From positions 8,246,001 to 8,310,000 of the forward strand of contig CM060734.1 in assembly GCA_030704615.1 (NCBI GenBank): a stretch of 64,000 bases of DNA, given 5' to 3'. The first letter of the stretch is position 1. Each line of letters starts with the position of its first letter. This document shows, piece after piece, positions 49,900 through 63,288 of this stretch. Origin of the DNA: Takakia lepidozioides (Eukaryota > Plantae > Bryophyta). The translations under genes and the position numbers were made by a program. The notes below the pieces were generated by a model. It did not search any database. It saw nothing but the letters and a program-made list of their open reading frames with translations, and had not been told where the DNA came from.

Positions 49900-52800
49900 A
49901 TGTTCTTCTTGCCCTTTTACAGCTTCACTTCTGCAGCATCCTGTAGTTCACCTCTTAGCTGCAACCCACAAAGCACAGGTTCATAGAAGGTAGAAGATCC
50001 TCACCTGTCGCCCGTCCCAAAACAAAACACCAAGGTGAGTGTTAGTAAGGAAGCTCGAGGTGCATAACGGATCTTCTACGTGTGCTATTGCTTTCCAAAA
50101 TGAAACTATGTTAATGCAAGAAACAACCAGAGATAAGGAGTCAAGTTCTCAGGAAACTTAGACTTTTGGACCTGCTGCTGCTGAGGTAATGACACCTCCA
50201 ATAGTATGCAATCAGTGAAGGCTTAGAGTTACAGCAGGGAACAGCTATAGAGTGTCCCAAAGTAAAACTTCTAAGCAAACCTCAAGTCAAGAATCCTTGG
50301 GCACATGAGGATAGGCTTTAAAGTAATGAAAAAAAGCAAGCCACAGTAAGGTATATCTCCATGTCATCAGTCTGCAGGGTCCATAACCCTGCCAACGAGA
50401 ATCACATTCAAGAGTGTACATTCAAGTAAGTCCTAGGGCTGCAAGAGTAACCACCTGCAGTATACCCCCTGCACTGCTTTTCACAAGCTTATTAAAAACC
50501 AGAAAACCAGAAAACAAAGAAACAGCTTGTGAAGAATCCATGTAGTGTAAGGTAAGGCTTACCTCCCTGTTATAATTCTGCAGAGTCCATAACCCTGGTA
50601 GTAAAATCAAATTCATGAGAGTACATTCATGTAATCCCTAGTGCCCCAAGGGTAAAGCATAAACAGTCCTCAAGTCAATTACAAAAAGAGAGCATGAGCC
50701 TATGAGGACAATCTATGGGCAATGAACTGATACAGAGCCACAACTAGGTTTATCTCTCCGTCATTTATCTGCAGGGTCCATAAGCCTGGCAGCAATAGAA
50801 ATTTCCATCATCGTATATTCAGGTAAGCACTAGGGTAACAGCAAAAACCAGATGTGGTATACTCCCTGCAGGGCCTTTCACCAGCTCTTTAATAAACATA
50901 CAAACCTCGCCAGGTAGTTGTTCACTCAAGGCCACTCACGCCTCTGGCTTGCCGAGCTCTCAGCTTTGTCATCGCCGTCACTCATGGGTTCAAACAAAAC
51001 TCTTGGTGTCAGATCTGATCCCTTCACTTCTCCCGTCCATGTTCCAGGCATTAATGACCTGTATTGCTCCTTCATGTTGATAACACCCTCTGCTTCCATT
51101 ACTGTTTGGACTTGCTTATTCGCTGCACTCTCATTCTCAGAAACCCTATCGGTAGAGCACTCACTGTTTGCTGCATGTTTGTGACCTGATAGATCACAGA
51201 TCTCGCACTTGCCTGCCTTAAGTGGTCTCTTCAGTTGTTGTACTGACAGTTGGATCATTTCACATGACAGGTTTCTCTCTTTTCCTTGTTACCTGGAACT
51301 ATAGTAGTTCTCTCATCCTTGTCTGATACTTCTCCATTGTTTGGCTCTTGGCTGATTGCAGTGGGAGGTAACCTTTCACTTTCTATCCATCTGTACCCTG
51401 AAACCCTAATGCAGTACTGTCATTCTTGATTTTTTTTCTTTCTCGCTGTCCTCAGGTTTCTCATCTTTGATCATATTCACTCCAGGGTATAACAACTCAA
51501 ACCTAACCCTCTTTTTCTTCGTGTCATCACTCTGGTGTTCTGCAGATTTTTCTTCTTCACTTGAGCCACTGTCCATGACTGAACTCTCAGCTACACTCTC
51601 TTGGTCACCCATGAACTTGAAGGAGAATCCTCGAGTTAAATCTGATCCTCTCACTTTGCCTGTCAATACCCATATCGTGGGTTTCATTCGTGCCTTCAGC
51701 CAGAATTTTCGTCTTGTTAGATGACTTCTGAATCGCCATGATGCCCATATAAAGATGTAATACTCCCTTTCAGCCAGGCTCTATAATATTCTAAAGTAAG
51801 GACGTCCTTCCCTTATTGCCTCAGCCTTCTCATGCCTAGATTCCTACAGTTCCTGCAAAGCATTCTCTGCCTGTACTGCCACTCTCATTTTCACCTCAGC
51901 ACTTCACCTCCCCTTTTTTGCGGCTGTCATCAGCTCCTGACCCATCCTCCTTTTCTGAACGTATGTTAACTCGACGTTCAGCAAAGGCAAATGCCCATCG
52001 CTGTCCAGCCCTCGGACTTTCAATCTATCCATCGTTGGTGAGCAAACTTTGACTTGCAGATCTCCCTTTCATTATGACTTGTCGCTTGTTGCCATTGCTG
52101 TCCCTGACGTCATTTCTAGGCTGCTGTTCGGAATGCTTTTCATCAGCTCCATCACACGCATCATCCTACTTATGAGAGTTCATACCTCTTATTGTCACTT
52201 CCAGATTTTTCTCTCCATCTTCCTTAATTTTCACATTCGCCTTTGTTGATTTGGGTACTTAGTTCTGAAACAGGTTTAGATCTGATCCCAAAACATTGTT
52301 AGCTGCTCCGTGTGATGAAATCTCATTTTCTCCCACGCCTCTTTCTTGCTGGTCAGTTGTCAACAACCCTTTACATGATGAGATACCTAGTTTCCAGACA
52401 TGATTTCTTGTGCAGTTGTGCTCCTTTCCCATTTAATTGTCTCTGAAATGGTACTTCATAGTATCACATGCAAGATAACGGTCGATCTTTCATGATTGTG
52501 CTTTCCTGTTTTCTGCTCTTCCATGGATCCACCCCTAGTCAGAATATTGTTGGATTGAGGTGCTAACCCTTTGCCCTTCGTGAAATTGCGCATCAGGTCT
52601 TGAAGCCAAGTCCACCACCAAACATAGCATGCCCATTGCTGCTTCGCAAATTTGTCTCTTCTTTGCTTCATGTGATGGCACTTGTAGAGACTCTCTAGTC
52701 TGAACTCCCCACATACTTGATATTCTGACCCTTAAATTTATCATTCTTTCGAAGTTGTTCCCGCTTCGCCTTCGTGGACTTGTTGAATTGTCATTAATTC

Positions 52801-54466
52801 GTCACTGCAGCATTCATGGTTCTCGTCTTTCCACCTCCTTTAGGTCATTATTTTGAAAATCCAATGCACTTCGTCAACTTACTCCGTCACGTACCAAGTC
52901 CACCTTCACCAGTTTTATTGATGTCCCCTTTCGTTTGGAGATTCACCAATGCCCCTAGGCTTTTTTTATTTTACCTATTGTGGGGGCCTGATTACAATGT
53001 TCATGATCCCGTGGGAGATTTCTTTTAAATAGACACACTAGACCTCCACTTCTTTGATTCTAAGTCACACTTTCTGCTACAATGATGTTATAACTCCTGT
53101 TTTAGTAGTCCCAAACAGCTCTGCTTGCCAACTTGCTCGAGGATATTTAATTGTTGGTTCATCAACTATCGTGAATAAAACCAGTATCACATAATTACCT
53201 CTTTGTCATGAGATAAGAAGGTTTGAACATGGCATGGTCCAAATGATATTGCTCGATCTCACATTTGCTCCAAACAACCCTTGCTTAAGTGCTTCCTGCG
53301 ATGCCTCCATAATTCTCCTGACTTTGGCCTGCCACAGACATGTCTCCCATCGTTTTGTCACAGACGTGCCTCCCATCAGCCGGCATGCTTCTTTCAAACA
53401 GCCTCACCGTTGATGTCATTGATTCGTGATCATGTCATGCCTTATTCTTCTCCGTTCAGATCCAGATCGTGAGCAAGTTGCATACACAATATATGCGCAA
53501 ATGGATCTGAAACTAACCAGCTTCTAAGGCATTAACTACCCCTTAAGAACAGACCCTGACTCTTTATACTTGCGATCTATGGCTCTTCTTTGCATAATTG
53601 TTCTACCACTATGTTAAATTGTGGATAGATGCAGTTGTATCATGTTGCTTCTCATCATAATGTCAACAAAGCACACATGTGGTGTAAAGCCTGCACTGTC
53701 CCATACCACTCAAGCCAAACAATACTAAGGAGATCGTAATCAAGTTAGAGTACTCATAGTAAAGCTTGTCAAACCTGTTTATATCCATATCCTCTCAAAC
53801 ATCTGTGGTTAGTCTTCTAGTGATGATCCGTATGCAGATATAGCTACATGACGAATTAAAGAAACGGTCCACGAACGTAAGCTCTGATACCAAAAAGAGT
53901 GAACGCTTCACGAGAACAACGTTGGTTCAACTTAAACAACTTAGACGTTACACTGCCGCAGCGGAAGCAAAGAAAACAATGCAACATCTGGCTACCCTTA
54001 GATTAATACAGGAATTGTACTAGCAAGCTTCTTTCTTCATTTATGATCAGTCCCTTGAATCAGCGCCGCCATGCTTTGCTATGGGTCGTGTTGCCATTTC
54101 GTCATCCTTGGCATGACATCCTTGTAAGAAACTAGACCAAGCACAAGTGAGACAGCACTCAAGGAGGCGGAGGCACTCACTAGGTGGAGCCCCGCACACC
54201 GGGTTGCGGTGGGGGTGGCTCCACAAGGGGTGGTGGTAGCTTAGTAGGACTTAGTGGGGTAGCATAAGACTCACCATGGGGCGGAGACCTTGTGGTGGGA
54301 CTGCAAGTCGGAGACTAGTTTAGCGTAGAGCAGGAATAGGGTGCCATAGTGCCACATCATCGTAACCACGCCACATCGTCGTCAGCCGCGTCATCGTCGT
54401 CATTTTGTGTGTCGGTTGTAACGGTCGGAGAGGCGATCAATCATCTCTTGTTGGTTTGTTAGGACA
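49900..54466 (-). mobile_element. Degenerate LTR retroelement with tRNA-iMet PBS
   Basis: GCTCTGATACCA (53881-53892) is the reverse complement of the PBS TGGTATCAGAGC. A putative LTR spans 53893-54466 (starts TGTCCTAAC on the minus strand). Internal CEICDLSGH knuckle-like motif. The left boundary is uncertain. Confidence 0.6.
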
Positions 54467-54539
54467 ATGCATCCGTAGAAGAAGCTGGGAGCGTGGACCC
54501 TGCGGCAATTGCAGGATATCTTATGTATTCGTGGACCTC

Positions 54540-55395
54540 ACTAGCTAGATGTCTTCGTATAGATGCCAGGCGAGGGGTTTCTCATAGTGATCTCAAGGAG
54601 ATCCTACATGGTGGATGCTGCAGAACCTTTTTTCATTTCAAAATGGGGACTGGCTGCAGTATGAGGATTCCAAGCCCATTATGCTCTACAATCCACTCCC
54701 AGAACCAAATTCGTCAAGGAGGGATTCAATTCCCAGATACCCCACTTTGAATTAATCGCATGCAACGACACCGGTGCAGCTGGCAACATTCTCGCTTACA
54801 GATGTGCAGTTGAATAAGAATGCAGGAGGTTCAAAGAACATTTTTAATGTCTCAGGTGTACTTCAGCTGGCAATTACATCCCAGAGAAGCATCTTCTATG
54901 GAGGGGGCATGCACCCCCGGTTTGTGATGACCCCTGGTTTCTCGCAAATGAGCATCGAATTGGAGGGCGTCTCTTTAGAAACATAGAAGGAGTACACGCT
55001 CTGTATGCTTGGCTGTACCCTGTTCCCAGCGAAAGAGGTCAAGAAATTGACTAAGGATTGCAACGTTATGGTGCAATTGCAGTATCCTCGCCGGCAAACT
55101 CTCATGGCCAAGTCGCCAGCATTGCAGCTCCTGGTGACAACCACTCTTTCAATCCTATCAATGTGTCATAGCAGATGGAGACATTTGCAGAGTATGAGTT
55201 AACCGCATGAGCTCTCACAGCTGGAATTTGCAACGAGACTTGTCCCATGGTTCTTCAAAGACAGATACCTACCGAGGGCCTAAGTTTTGCGAAGCTGCAT
55301 TGCAACTTATTGCTGGACAGTGGCTGGATGTTGAGCCTTTTTGGCAATGCACCCAGTCCGAAGAATTTTGTGTCAATCTGGCCCCCTTTTGGCTT
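54540..55395 (+). pseudogene. DUF2921-family (plant transmembrane protein) fragment
   Basis: SFQNGDWLQ...PIM, LATFSLTDV, NVSGVLQL, ELEGV, LCMLGCTLFP, LQYPRRQTL and YRGPKFCE...WQC..SEEFCVNLAPF follow the DUF2921 N-terminal motif order as I recall it. Disrupted. Confidence 0.65.
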
Positions 55396-55503
55396 CTAGG
55401 GCGAAACTCCCCCGTGGTCGCCTTCTCATTCAGTACCTTAGATGTGATGCCCTGGCTGATGGATTGGCTGATGGGTTTCTGGTTACATGTTTTGTCCTTT
55501 TAG

Positions 55504-57138
55504 GTGTTGTTCAGCGGCTATGCATATGGGGGACTTTCTGAGGTCCAAGAGAGCGAATTTTTTTCTTGTTCAATGGGCTCAACTATAGCCGGTGAAATTG
55601 GGGTCTTTGGGCATAATTTATCCATACTTCTGGACATGCTTGCAGGAAAACGTGCTGAGGTGGGCACCAAAGTGGGTGCTTATATGCGCACATTTTCTGG
55701 GGACTGCTCGCCAGCAGATTTGGAGACAGCTTTTCAGGTCACACCCCAGCCCTTGGCACTTGAGTTTTTAGCACAGCAGAACAGTCATCAAGGTTGGGTG
55801 GATTTTGGACAATGGTATGTTTGTACCAGTTGGGTGTTTGGTGGTTAAAACTCTCTAAATTATTACCTGAAGAAGAAGTGCTTCATGCCAGTAAGCTGCC
55901 AAGCTCTTCTACTCCTCAATGCTGAAGGTGGAAATGGATTGGCCTTAAGATATCAATAGCTGTATCCAAACAACCACTGCTGTGGATCAAAAGTTTCTCT
56001 CTTATCAGGAAACTGCCAAGACCCCAGATCAAACTGATAAGAGAAGAGTTTGAGCCACAGCAGTGGTTGTTTGGATACAGCTGAAGGCCAATTTGTTTTT
56101 GCATCATTCCTACTAGAAACACCTTTCTTTCCAAGGGAGACACCAGAGAATGTAAATTCCATTGTGAGGTCTGTAGAGAGGTTATCTGACATCAGGCCTC
56201 TGTTGTGTGAAACTTCTCACACCTTCTCTACCAGCTGTTCATAACGAGTGTGGAACCAAGGGGCTGAAGAGGTTGAACTCGTAATTCAAATGACACGAGA
56301 AGGGATTAAGGCTCAAGCACGAGATCCCTTCACTGCCTATGCCAACCGTGTTCGAGAACTCAACTATGGCAACTCCTACTATTTCAAGGTGAAAGTTCTC
56401 AATATGCAACATCTTCAGTAGTGGATGCTTGGCAGTCATTTGATTTGTGCTGTCTTCGGAGGTAGGACACCGTGATGTCCTAACCACGGTAACTGGTTTC
56501 TGGGCTTTCTGTTGGACCTCTTTCAAACACTAAAGCTCCAGCCAACTTTTGTGTGAGCTGCACTCTATGCTGATGATTAATGTGGTCTATGGTAGCATCG
56601 TCACACTATATTGCAACCATTAAAAGTGGGTGCCTTTTCTGGTGTCGTGTGCAGCCCATTACAGTCAAGGAGCTCAACAAAGTCAACCCCAAAAAGTTTC
56701 ATGGATCCATCAGCATACACAGTGGCGATTGTGGGAAACATTGATACAGCCAAGCCTTATCCTTATTGTTCAATATCTGGTCTGTGCCCTTATATCGTTT
56801 TATCTAATGCAAATCCTTCACCCGAATATTTTCTATAGTATTGTGTTCTGTTCTTCGCTTTGGGGTTTCTAAAGGTCAGGTTGTGTGCTTAACTGACCAG
56901 GAGAGCATTTGATGGATCAGGGTGGAATTCCGAAACCAGATAAGCCAGTGATGGGCTTGCCAAATACACAAGTCATTATGTCGTGCCTACAGAACCAAAA
57001 CGTCTGCGTTGTGGCGTGAGCAAATGTGGGAGTCAAAAATCTGCCGCTGAAACAAGGTGCAGGTACAGCACCGTGTGGGTTCCTCCAACGTGATGACATA
57101 AAAGCCCTACCATTTACTTTCCCGGCTGGTATTGTAAG
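55504..57138 (+). pseudogene. Peptidase M16 (insulinase, PqqL-like) exon fragments with retained introns
   Basis: Exon 55504-55737 (AG..GT) reads VLFSGYAYGGLSE...GEIGVFG...LAGKRAEVGTKVGAYMRTFSGDCSPADLETAFQ. FMDPSAYTVAIVGNID lies near 56700. Exon 56921-57138 reads GGIPKP...RDDIKALPFTFP. Confidence 0.85.
55938..56092. repeat. Long hairpin (inverted duplication)
   Basis: 28-bp perfect stem (55958-55985 / 56055-56082) extended imperfectly inward and outward, with a ~25-nt loop. Confidence 0.85.
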
Positions 57139-57584
57139 GTATGGCTGTCAATTGTTGAGACCATGTTATATATGCACATGCTACGGATGTTCCAGTGGAG
57201 GATGTGACCATCTCTGGTCGACATTCGGCCGACTGTTTGAAGGATTTGATAGAACAATTCTGTAGGTCTGCTGGCCTGACAAAATATTGCTGTGACGTAT
57301 TGTTGTGACCTTACGGTTTTCTTCGCATAACATTCTCTCATGTAGTTCTGCTGACCCGGTACACGTGGTTGTGCTGCTGATATCTACCTTCTTTTGAAGG
57401 CACTTGGTTGTCAATGTCGTCCATGTTGGTTGTATTGCTAACTTCACCACTTCAAGATCACAACTATATTGAGCAGCCATGGATTTCACTTGTATGAGAT
57501 CGCATTTTTGTTACACACAGCATGTTAGAGTGGCCCTTCATAAGATCACTCTTCGTTCAGAGTGGTTATTACAAGTTGTGGTTG

Positions 57585-57775
57585 TGGCATGGGTGTGGTT
57601 GGGAAGCCCTCCCACTATTTGAACAAATGCAACAGGAAGGCTTGAAGCCAAATGGTATCACCATTGTATGTGTTCTCTCTGCATGTACCCATGTGGGCTT
57701 GGTGGATGAAGGCTGTCACCACTTTTGATTCCGTGAGTCGGGATCATGGCGTCACCCCTACTGCGGAGCATTTTG
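57585..57775 (+). pseudogene. PPR (PLS-class, near E domain) fragment
   Basis: HGCGWEALPLFEQMQQEGLKPNGITIVCVLSACTHVGLVDEG...DHGVTPTAEHF. Confidence 0.85.
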
Positions 57776-58349
57776 TAAATTGTGCAGGTGAGGGTTGAGC
57801 CACCATCCTTCAGCTTGTTGGTGTTTCCATTCTACCTCACTCTGCTCAATCCTGGCATATTGCTGTGACCTTGGTGGAAATCCAGGTCCTATTTTTACTG
57901 GGGAGGAGGAAGATTTGCATGTGTTGTCCTGATGTATGAAACATTGGCTGTGCAGGCTGTGCTAGAGACTGTGGCCAGAGTAACTCATGACAGGTCAAAA
58001 AAGGACGGTACTGAAGAAGAGAAGTATGTGCTTTGAGACTGTTTCCTTGACATACTTTCTGAGAACCATTAAGAAGACTTTGTACCCTAGTTGTAGCATG
58101 GCACAAAGGCATATCGGTCTAGTCTGTCTCCTCGTAGCACCTGTGATTCATTTGGTGAAGTGTTCTGTGGGCATATTTGCCTTTACTGGTAAATTGGAAA
58201 CAGACAGCTGCTTCTTTTCAGGCACTTTTGTGAGGCCTTCAAAGTGCAACGAGGCTCCATTCTCACCTTTTGGGAGACTTGCTGTGTCCAACATAAACTA
58301 TAACATGGCATTTACCTTGAACCGAAATGTTCAATGTCATAAACACTGA

Positions 58350-58648
58350 GGGAAAGACTCCCTACAAATCCATTTCTATTTACCAGGGATGCCTGTGGAC
58401 CAGGTGGGAAGAGTGCCATTGTAGTTTCTGAAGTCGAAGCCACAGGAATGGCAGCTGTTGCTAATATCCAGCAGACCACACAAGTGAAAGAAGGAGACTG
58501 TATAACAGGAGTTGTGAACAGCCATGGTAGACTTGAGTATGTGGCATTTCCAGAAAGCACTTATACTGCTGCAGATGTTGTAAAAAATGTTCAGGAGGCC
58601 CCAGGCAATGTCCGTTTGCAGCTTGAGCGTCCTCTGGTACACTCTTAA
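58350..58648 (+). pseudogene. PDZ-like domain fragment
   Basis: AIVVSEVEATGMAA...VKEGDCITGV...VVKNVQEAPGNVRLQLERP has the PDZ betaC-alphaA-GD.I..V-alphaB-betaF pattern. Confidence 0.45.
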
Positions 58649-59249
58649 CTCATATTGTTTTGCAACCACCTAATAGTTGATGGACATTCTTCTCGAATTT
58701 CCATTCTGGTATTATAGGTCCAATATCAGTGAATATACATGTCTGGTCACTTATCTGCTTTTACATGTTGAAATTTGAAATCTAAAGGCAAAGAGGGCTC
58801 TACAATCTAGTACTGCTATCCATGTACTACCTACTGGTACATGTAACTCTGGAAATGGCATTAAGCCAAGACATTGCTGAAGGGATGGCCCCCAATCTTT
58901 TGATTGAAGAATGTCATATTGGATAATTGCACTTGTATCTTTCAGTCAAGTACAAACCCAACAGATTTAAATTGACATATTTCACTTTCATGGATGTGTC
59001 ATGACTGATAAAAATCTGAGATGAGCTAAATCAGGATGTGTTGATATGATTCAGGAGGATGCATCGGCTTCAAATGTCTTTGACCATGAGTTTGTGCAAG
59101 ACTGGTGGCCCTCAACAAAGACAGATTTCAAACGCCAGGCCACCTTGGCATTGCAGAACACAAGCTTTGTCCTTGCCCGTAATCTGCAGGTGCAATCATC
59201 CATCACATTCAATTGTCACAGTTGCCACTTCTTCCAACCAGAGGTTCAC

Positions 59250-60300
59250 TTAGCCTTAATTTACGTCAAGAAGACAGTATGTACTCATGTTTGCTGTAGC
59301 CTTGTGGCCATAGACCCCGCGCCCAATGTGGGCAGAACAAAAGGGAACAGACACTAACTTTGAGAGGGGCTCACTCCACTGGTGGGAATTACTGTGATAT
59401 AAACAACTGGTCCTAGCTTTCCAGATTTCCTCTAGGAACCCCCTCACACAAGCATCAATCTGCTTTGTGTGATCAGCCCAACAGTTAGACTCCAACAGGG
59501 GCAGGGCTTTAGGCTCAGCCCAAAGTGTGATCTTGAGTGCACAAAGGTGCAGGGACTATGCTCTTGATGTTCCTGAAGAGGGTCGCTCTCTGATGAGAAT
59601 ACCCCGGAAATTGTATCAGACATTGGATACAGTCGTCAGGCCGCCTGCACATTGGGCATTGACAATCTCCCTTTCCTCTCTGCATTTGTTTATTGTTCAA
59701 AGGTAGACTTCCCACCCTCAGTTTAAATTTCAGTCTAGTAGGCCCTTCAGGTCATCCTTAAGCTCCTTACCCATGTACAAGTTCAGGGAAGTTTTATGCC
59801 TAACTTTGCTTGTTTGGATATTCTTCGTGCTTTTGACATGGCCTTAGACACTTACGTCTCAAGAAGACATTGACTGCTTCATTTAGGCTGCCTGTCTGAG
59901 GGTTGCTTGGGATTCCAAGGTTGGGTATATTATTGTTGGAGATCGCCTTTGTATACCCTTTTCACTTTTATGTCGTATCATGTAAAATAATCTCATATCG
60001 GGCAATTACAATCTGGGCTTTGCAGATTTTGACATTTTTCTATAGGCCAGTTCTGAATCAGTTTGTCCGAAGTTTCCCATGTCTCTTGCCCTGCACAGAT
60101 ACGAATCCCATTTGCCTGAAGAATGTGTCCCACTTCAAAAAAATTCCTTTGATTAGTCAGCCCCAAAAAATTGAACAGTGCCAGGGCTTTAGGCTCAGCC
60201 TTGATATCTTGAAAGTTGGTGAACAGAGGTGCAGGAACCATGTTCTTGATGTTTCTGAAGAGGGTCACTCCCTGCTGAGAATACCCTGCCTCAAATAGTC
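59250..60300 (-). mobile_element. LINE ORF2 3' end remnants (two partial copies)
   Basis: LKFKLRVGSLPLN...CQCPMC (C-terminal Cys region). GYS.Q..TLFRNIK..VPAPL...AEPKAL occurs at both 59500-59610 and 60180-60290. Confidence 0.6.
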
Positions 60301-63288
60301 CTACAGAGTTTATTTTCCAACTCAAAATAACCACCTTCTTTAACATTAAACTTGGCCTGCATGCACTCAAGCTGGACAAATGTATATGGAAGAATTAGGT
60401 AGTCTAGCAAACCAGGATAACCACCTTAGATGTGCTGGTACATTATCTTTTGAGTAGGTGTACATGAGAATTCAATATTGCTTAACATTTTAGTTGTTCC
60501 TTAAGCAAAACACTATAGTAAAGCTGCATGGCCCAAGATTCAAGACCAGTGGCTACCACATACAACCAAGTACCCATATTAGACCAAAATGTTTTGTGAT
60601 ATTCAGACTGACATACTTACAAATCTCATAGACTTTCTTTGGACATATCGGCCCCAAGGATGGCATCCAATTCTTCACAGCTCGTTACAATTTGCTCTCT
60701 TTCTCACACTTGAACAATTCCCATGCATCCCCTGCCAAGCACATAGCAGAGTTTGGTGGTGGTTGCAAGATGAAGCAGCCATTAATCAGCAGCAGTGCAA
60801 ATGATAGAGAGGTGGTATTGGAAAGTGGCAGAACAAAATATCAATAAATTTTATCAAGACAAAGATTTTTATCAAAACAACTTGGGCATGTGTATAACTT
60901 CAAATAATATGGAAAGACAAAATGTTAATACGGAGAGGGATAAAATATATTTTAATTAAATATAAACAATTATGAACGTGGGATCAAATATGGATTAACC
61001 CAAAAAAACAAAGCTTTTTCATGAAACCGTGACATTAAATCAAAATCCAAGCGATTGTGAAATCTAAGCCAATTGAAAATAAAGATGAAAAAGATATCAT
61101 ATAAACAACATTCATAATCCAAATTTATTTGTTGTATCAAAACGACGTTACACCAACTGAAATATCTAGTAATATATAACAAAATTAATCGACGTACCAC
61201 AATTCAATTACATTTTTTATTTTTTTAAACAAATTACATATATGTTGACGTCATGCAACAAATCGACAATTCATCGTGTGGCATATTTGTAATTGCTTAT
61301 GCCATAGATACAGCATTCGGAATAAATCCGACAGATTCCCAATACACATTATCTGCCATCAGAACACATCTAAAATATTGCATAAACGATCGAAAAATGG
61401 ATCCGTTTCCAAAACAACATTCATAATCCAAATTTGCTTGTTATATTAAAACAAGACATAGCCATGATATCTGTCAAATGAAATCAAATGAAATAAATGT
61501 CTATCTTTTCATAAACCTTCAATATATCTCATCTATTTGGATGTTGTTATCCGAAGTTGTCATTAGTAATGTGGAGTAACTCGCAATTTTAGTTCTAGTT
61601 GCCTATGAAGGTTGGAGACTAGTTTCAATGTAGAGCAGGAATAAGATGCCATAGTACCACATCATCGTCGTAATGCCTTAAATTGCCCAGAAAAGAGTGG
61701 GGGAAAAAAAAAGATTGATGAAAATCATTTCTTACATCAATCCTTTGGTTTTGTATTTTAATTTATTAATATATTATGATAGTACGTGTATATGTTATAA
61801 ATACGATAATGGTAATAGTTAATGAGATGTCAAAATTGAAATTTGTATCTTCTATATATTTTTTGGATATTAATTAAAAATTTAGATGTATTAATATATC
61901 ATAAATACATACTAACAAACTCTATGATATATACTAGATGTATGTACATATGTTTAGTCTCTATGTTTAAATATTCTAAATTTGCTATTAAGATTTAGAA
62001 AACCCTCTATAGAACCCACAAGGAGCATTAGCCATCTATGAAATGACTCTTAATTATGTCAGCGCTAGCCAAAATCTTTTTTTATCTCTATAATAACAAA
62101 ATATCATCAACTGATTGAATATGTTTTGATTTTAAATTAATAATATTTTATAATTAAAAAAAATAATACGAATTTTAGGATCTATTGTATTTTTAATTTA
62201 AAACTTAGAATATAAATATGAATAAATTAATCAGGGCTTCAATCCATATAAAAATAAAGGAAGGGGTAAAAAAAACTCTTGTCGAAGTACACATAATTTA
62301 TGGTGTCACTTCACTCTCAATGACTATTGCCTTCCATTTGGAAAGTAAACACCTTCTAACGGTCTTAACCAAGACAATGTGCAAGGTTAACTAACTGGTC
62401 GATCCTATATATATATATATGTAACCCTATTTTAACTAAATCTGGACTTTTGGCTTAAATCCGGACCAAACTTAATATATATTTGAATTAAAATTAATTG
62501 AAATATTAATAATATCATGGTGTAATGCGTGATTGAACTTTGTGAAATTACAGGTGATGTCATACTTGTTTCAAAATGTGTCATATAAGAGATCCATTTG
62601 ACATTGAAGTGCTTGTGAAGTAGCAGTACTGAACAATTCATTGAATGTCCACTTGGAAATCGAATGATGTAATATTACATTATGTAATTTGAGGGTTTTT
62701 TTATTATTATTATTTTATTTAGACAACAGGGGACAGTGGAGGGTTTTCGACAACTGGAGAAACCTGAATGGGCGAACTCTTTGTAACTTAAAGCGGGGTA
62801 TCCTGGTTTGCAACTCTTGCATCAGAGCTATGATATCAGCTGTCACATGGATTGCTGTCACAAGGCGGTCACATTATGCTTTGGGATATGTAGCATTTTT
62901 GGTCCTAAATTATAGCCCTGTAGTTTTTGGTTTCAAGAGGGAGGGCGACAAGCTAGCGTATCCATCCGCGCACAGGGACAAATTGCAATTCAAGATAGAG
63001 GGTTCTGATCCGGAAGTAATTGAAGTTCTTTACTCGGACCTTGAACGGTTGACACCGCTGGAGTATGCTTGAATGAGTGACTTCTACATCAATCACGTTT
63101 CAATTCTGTGGGCCAAAGTTCAACAACGGGGTATGAACTTTTTATTTACTCTGGCAAACAAATTGTCTTCAGGACTGAAAGTTCAAGATGAGTGGATGGT
63201 CATGTGGAGGTTGATATTTGTATAACCGATCATGGTGGTAGATGGTAACCAGTGGCCCGTTTGTGTAAAGAATGGAAAGTGTTGCTTA

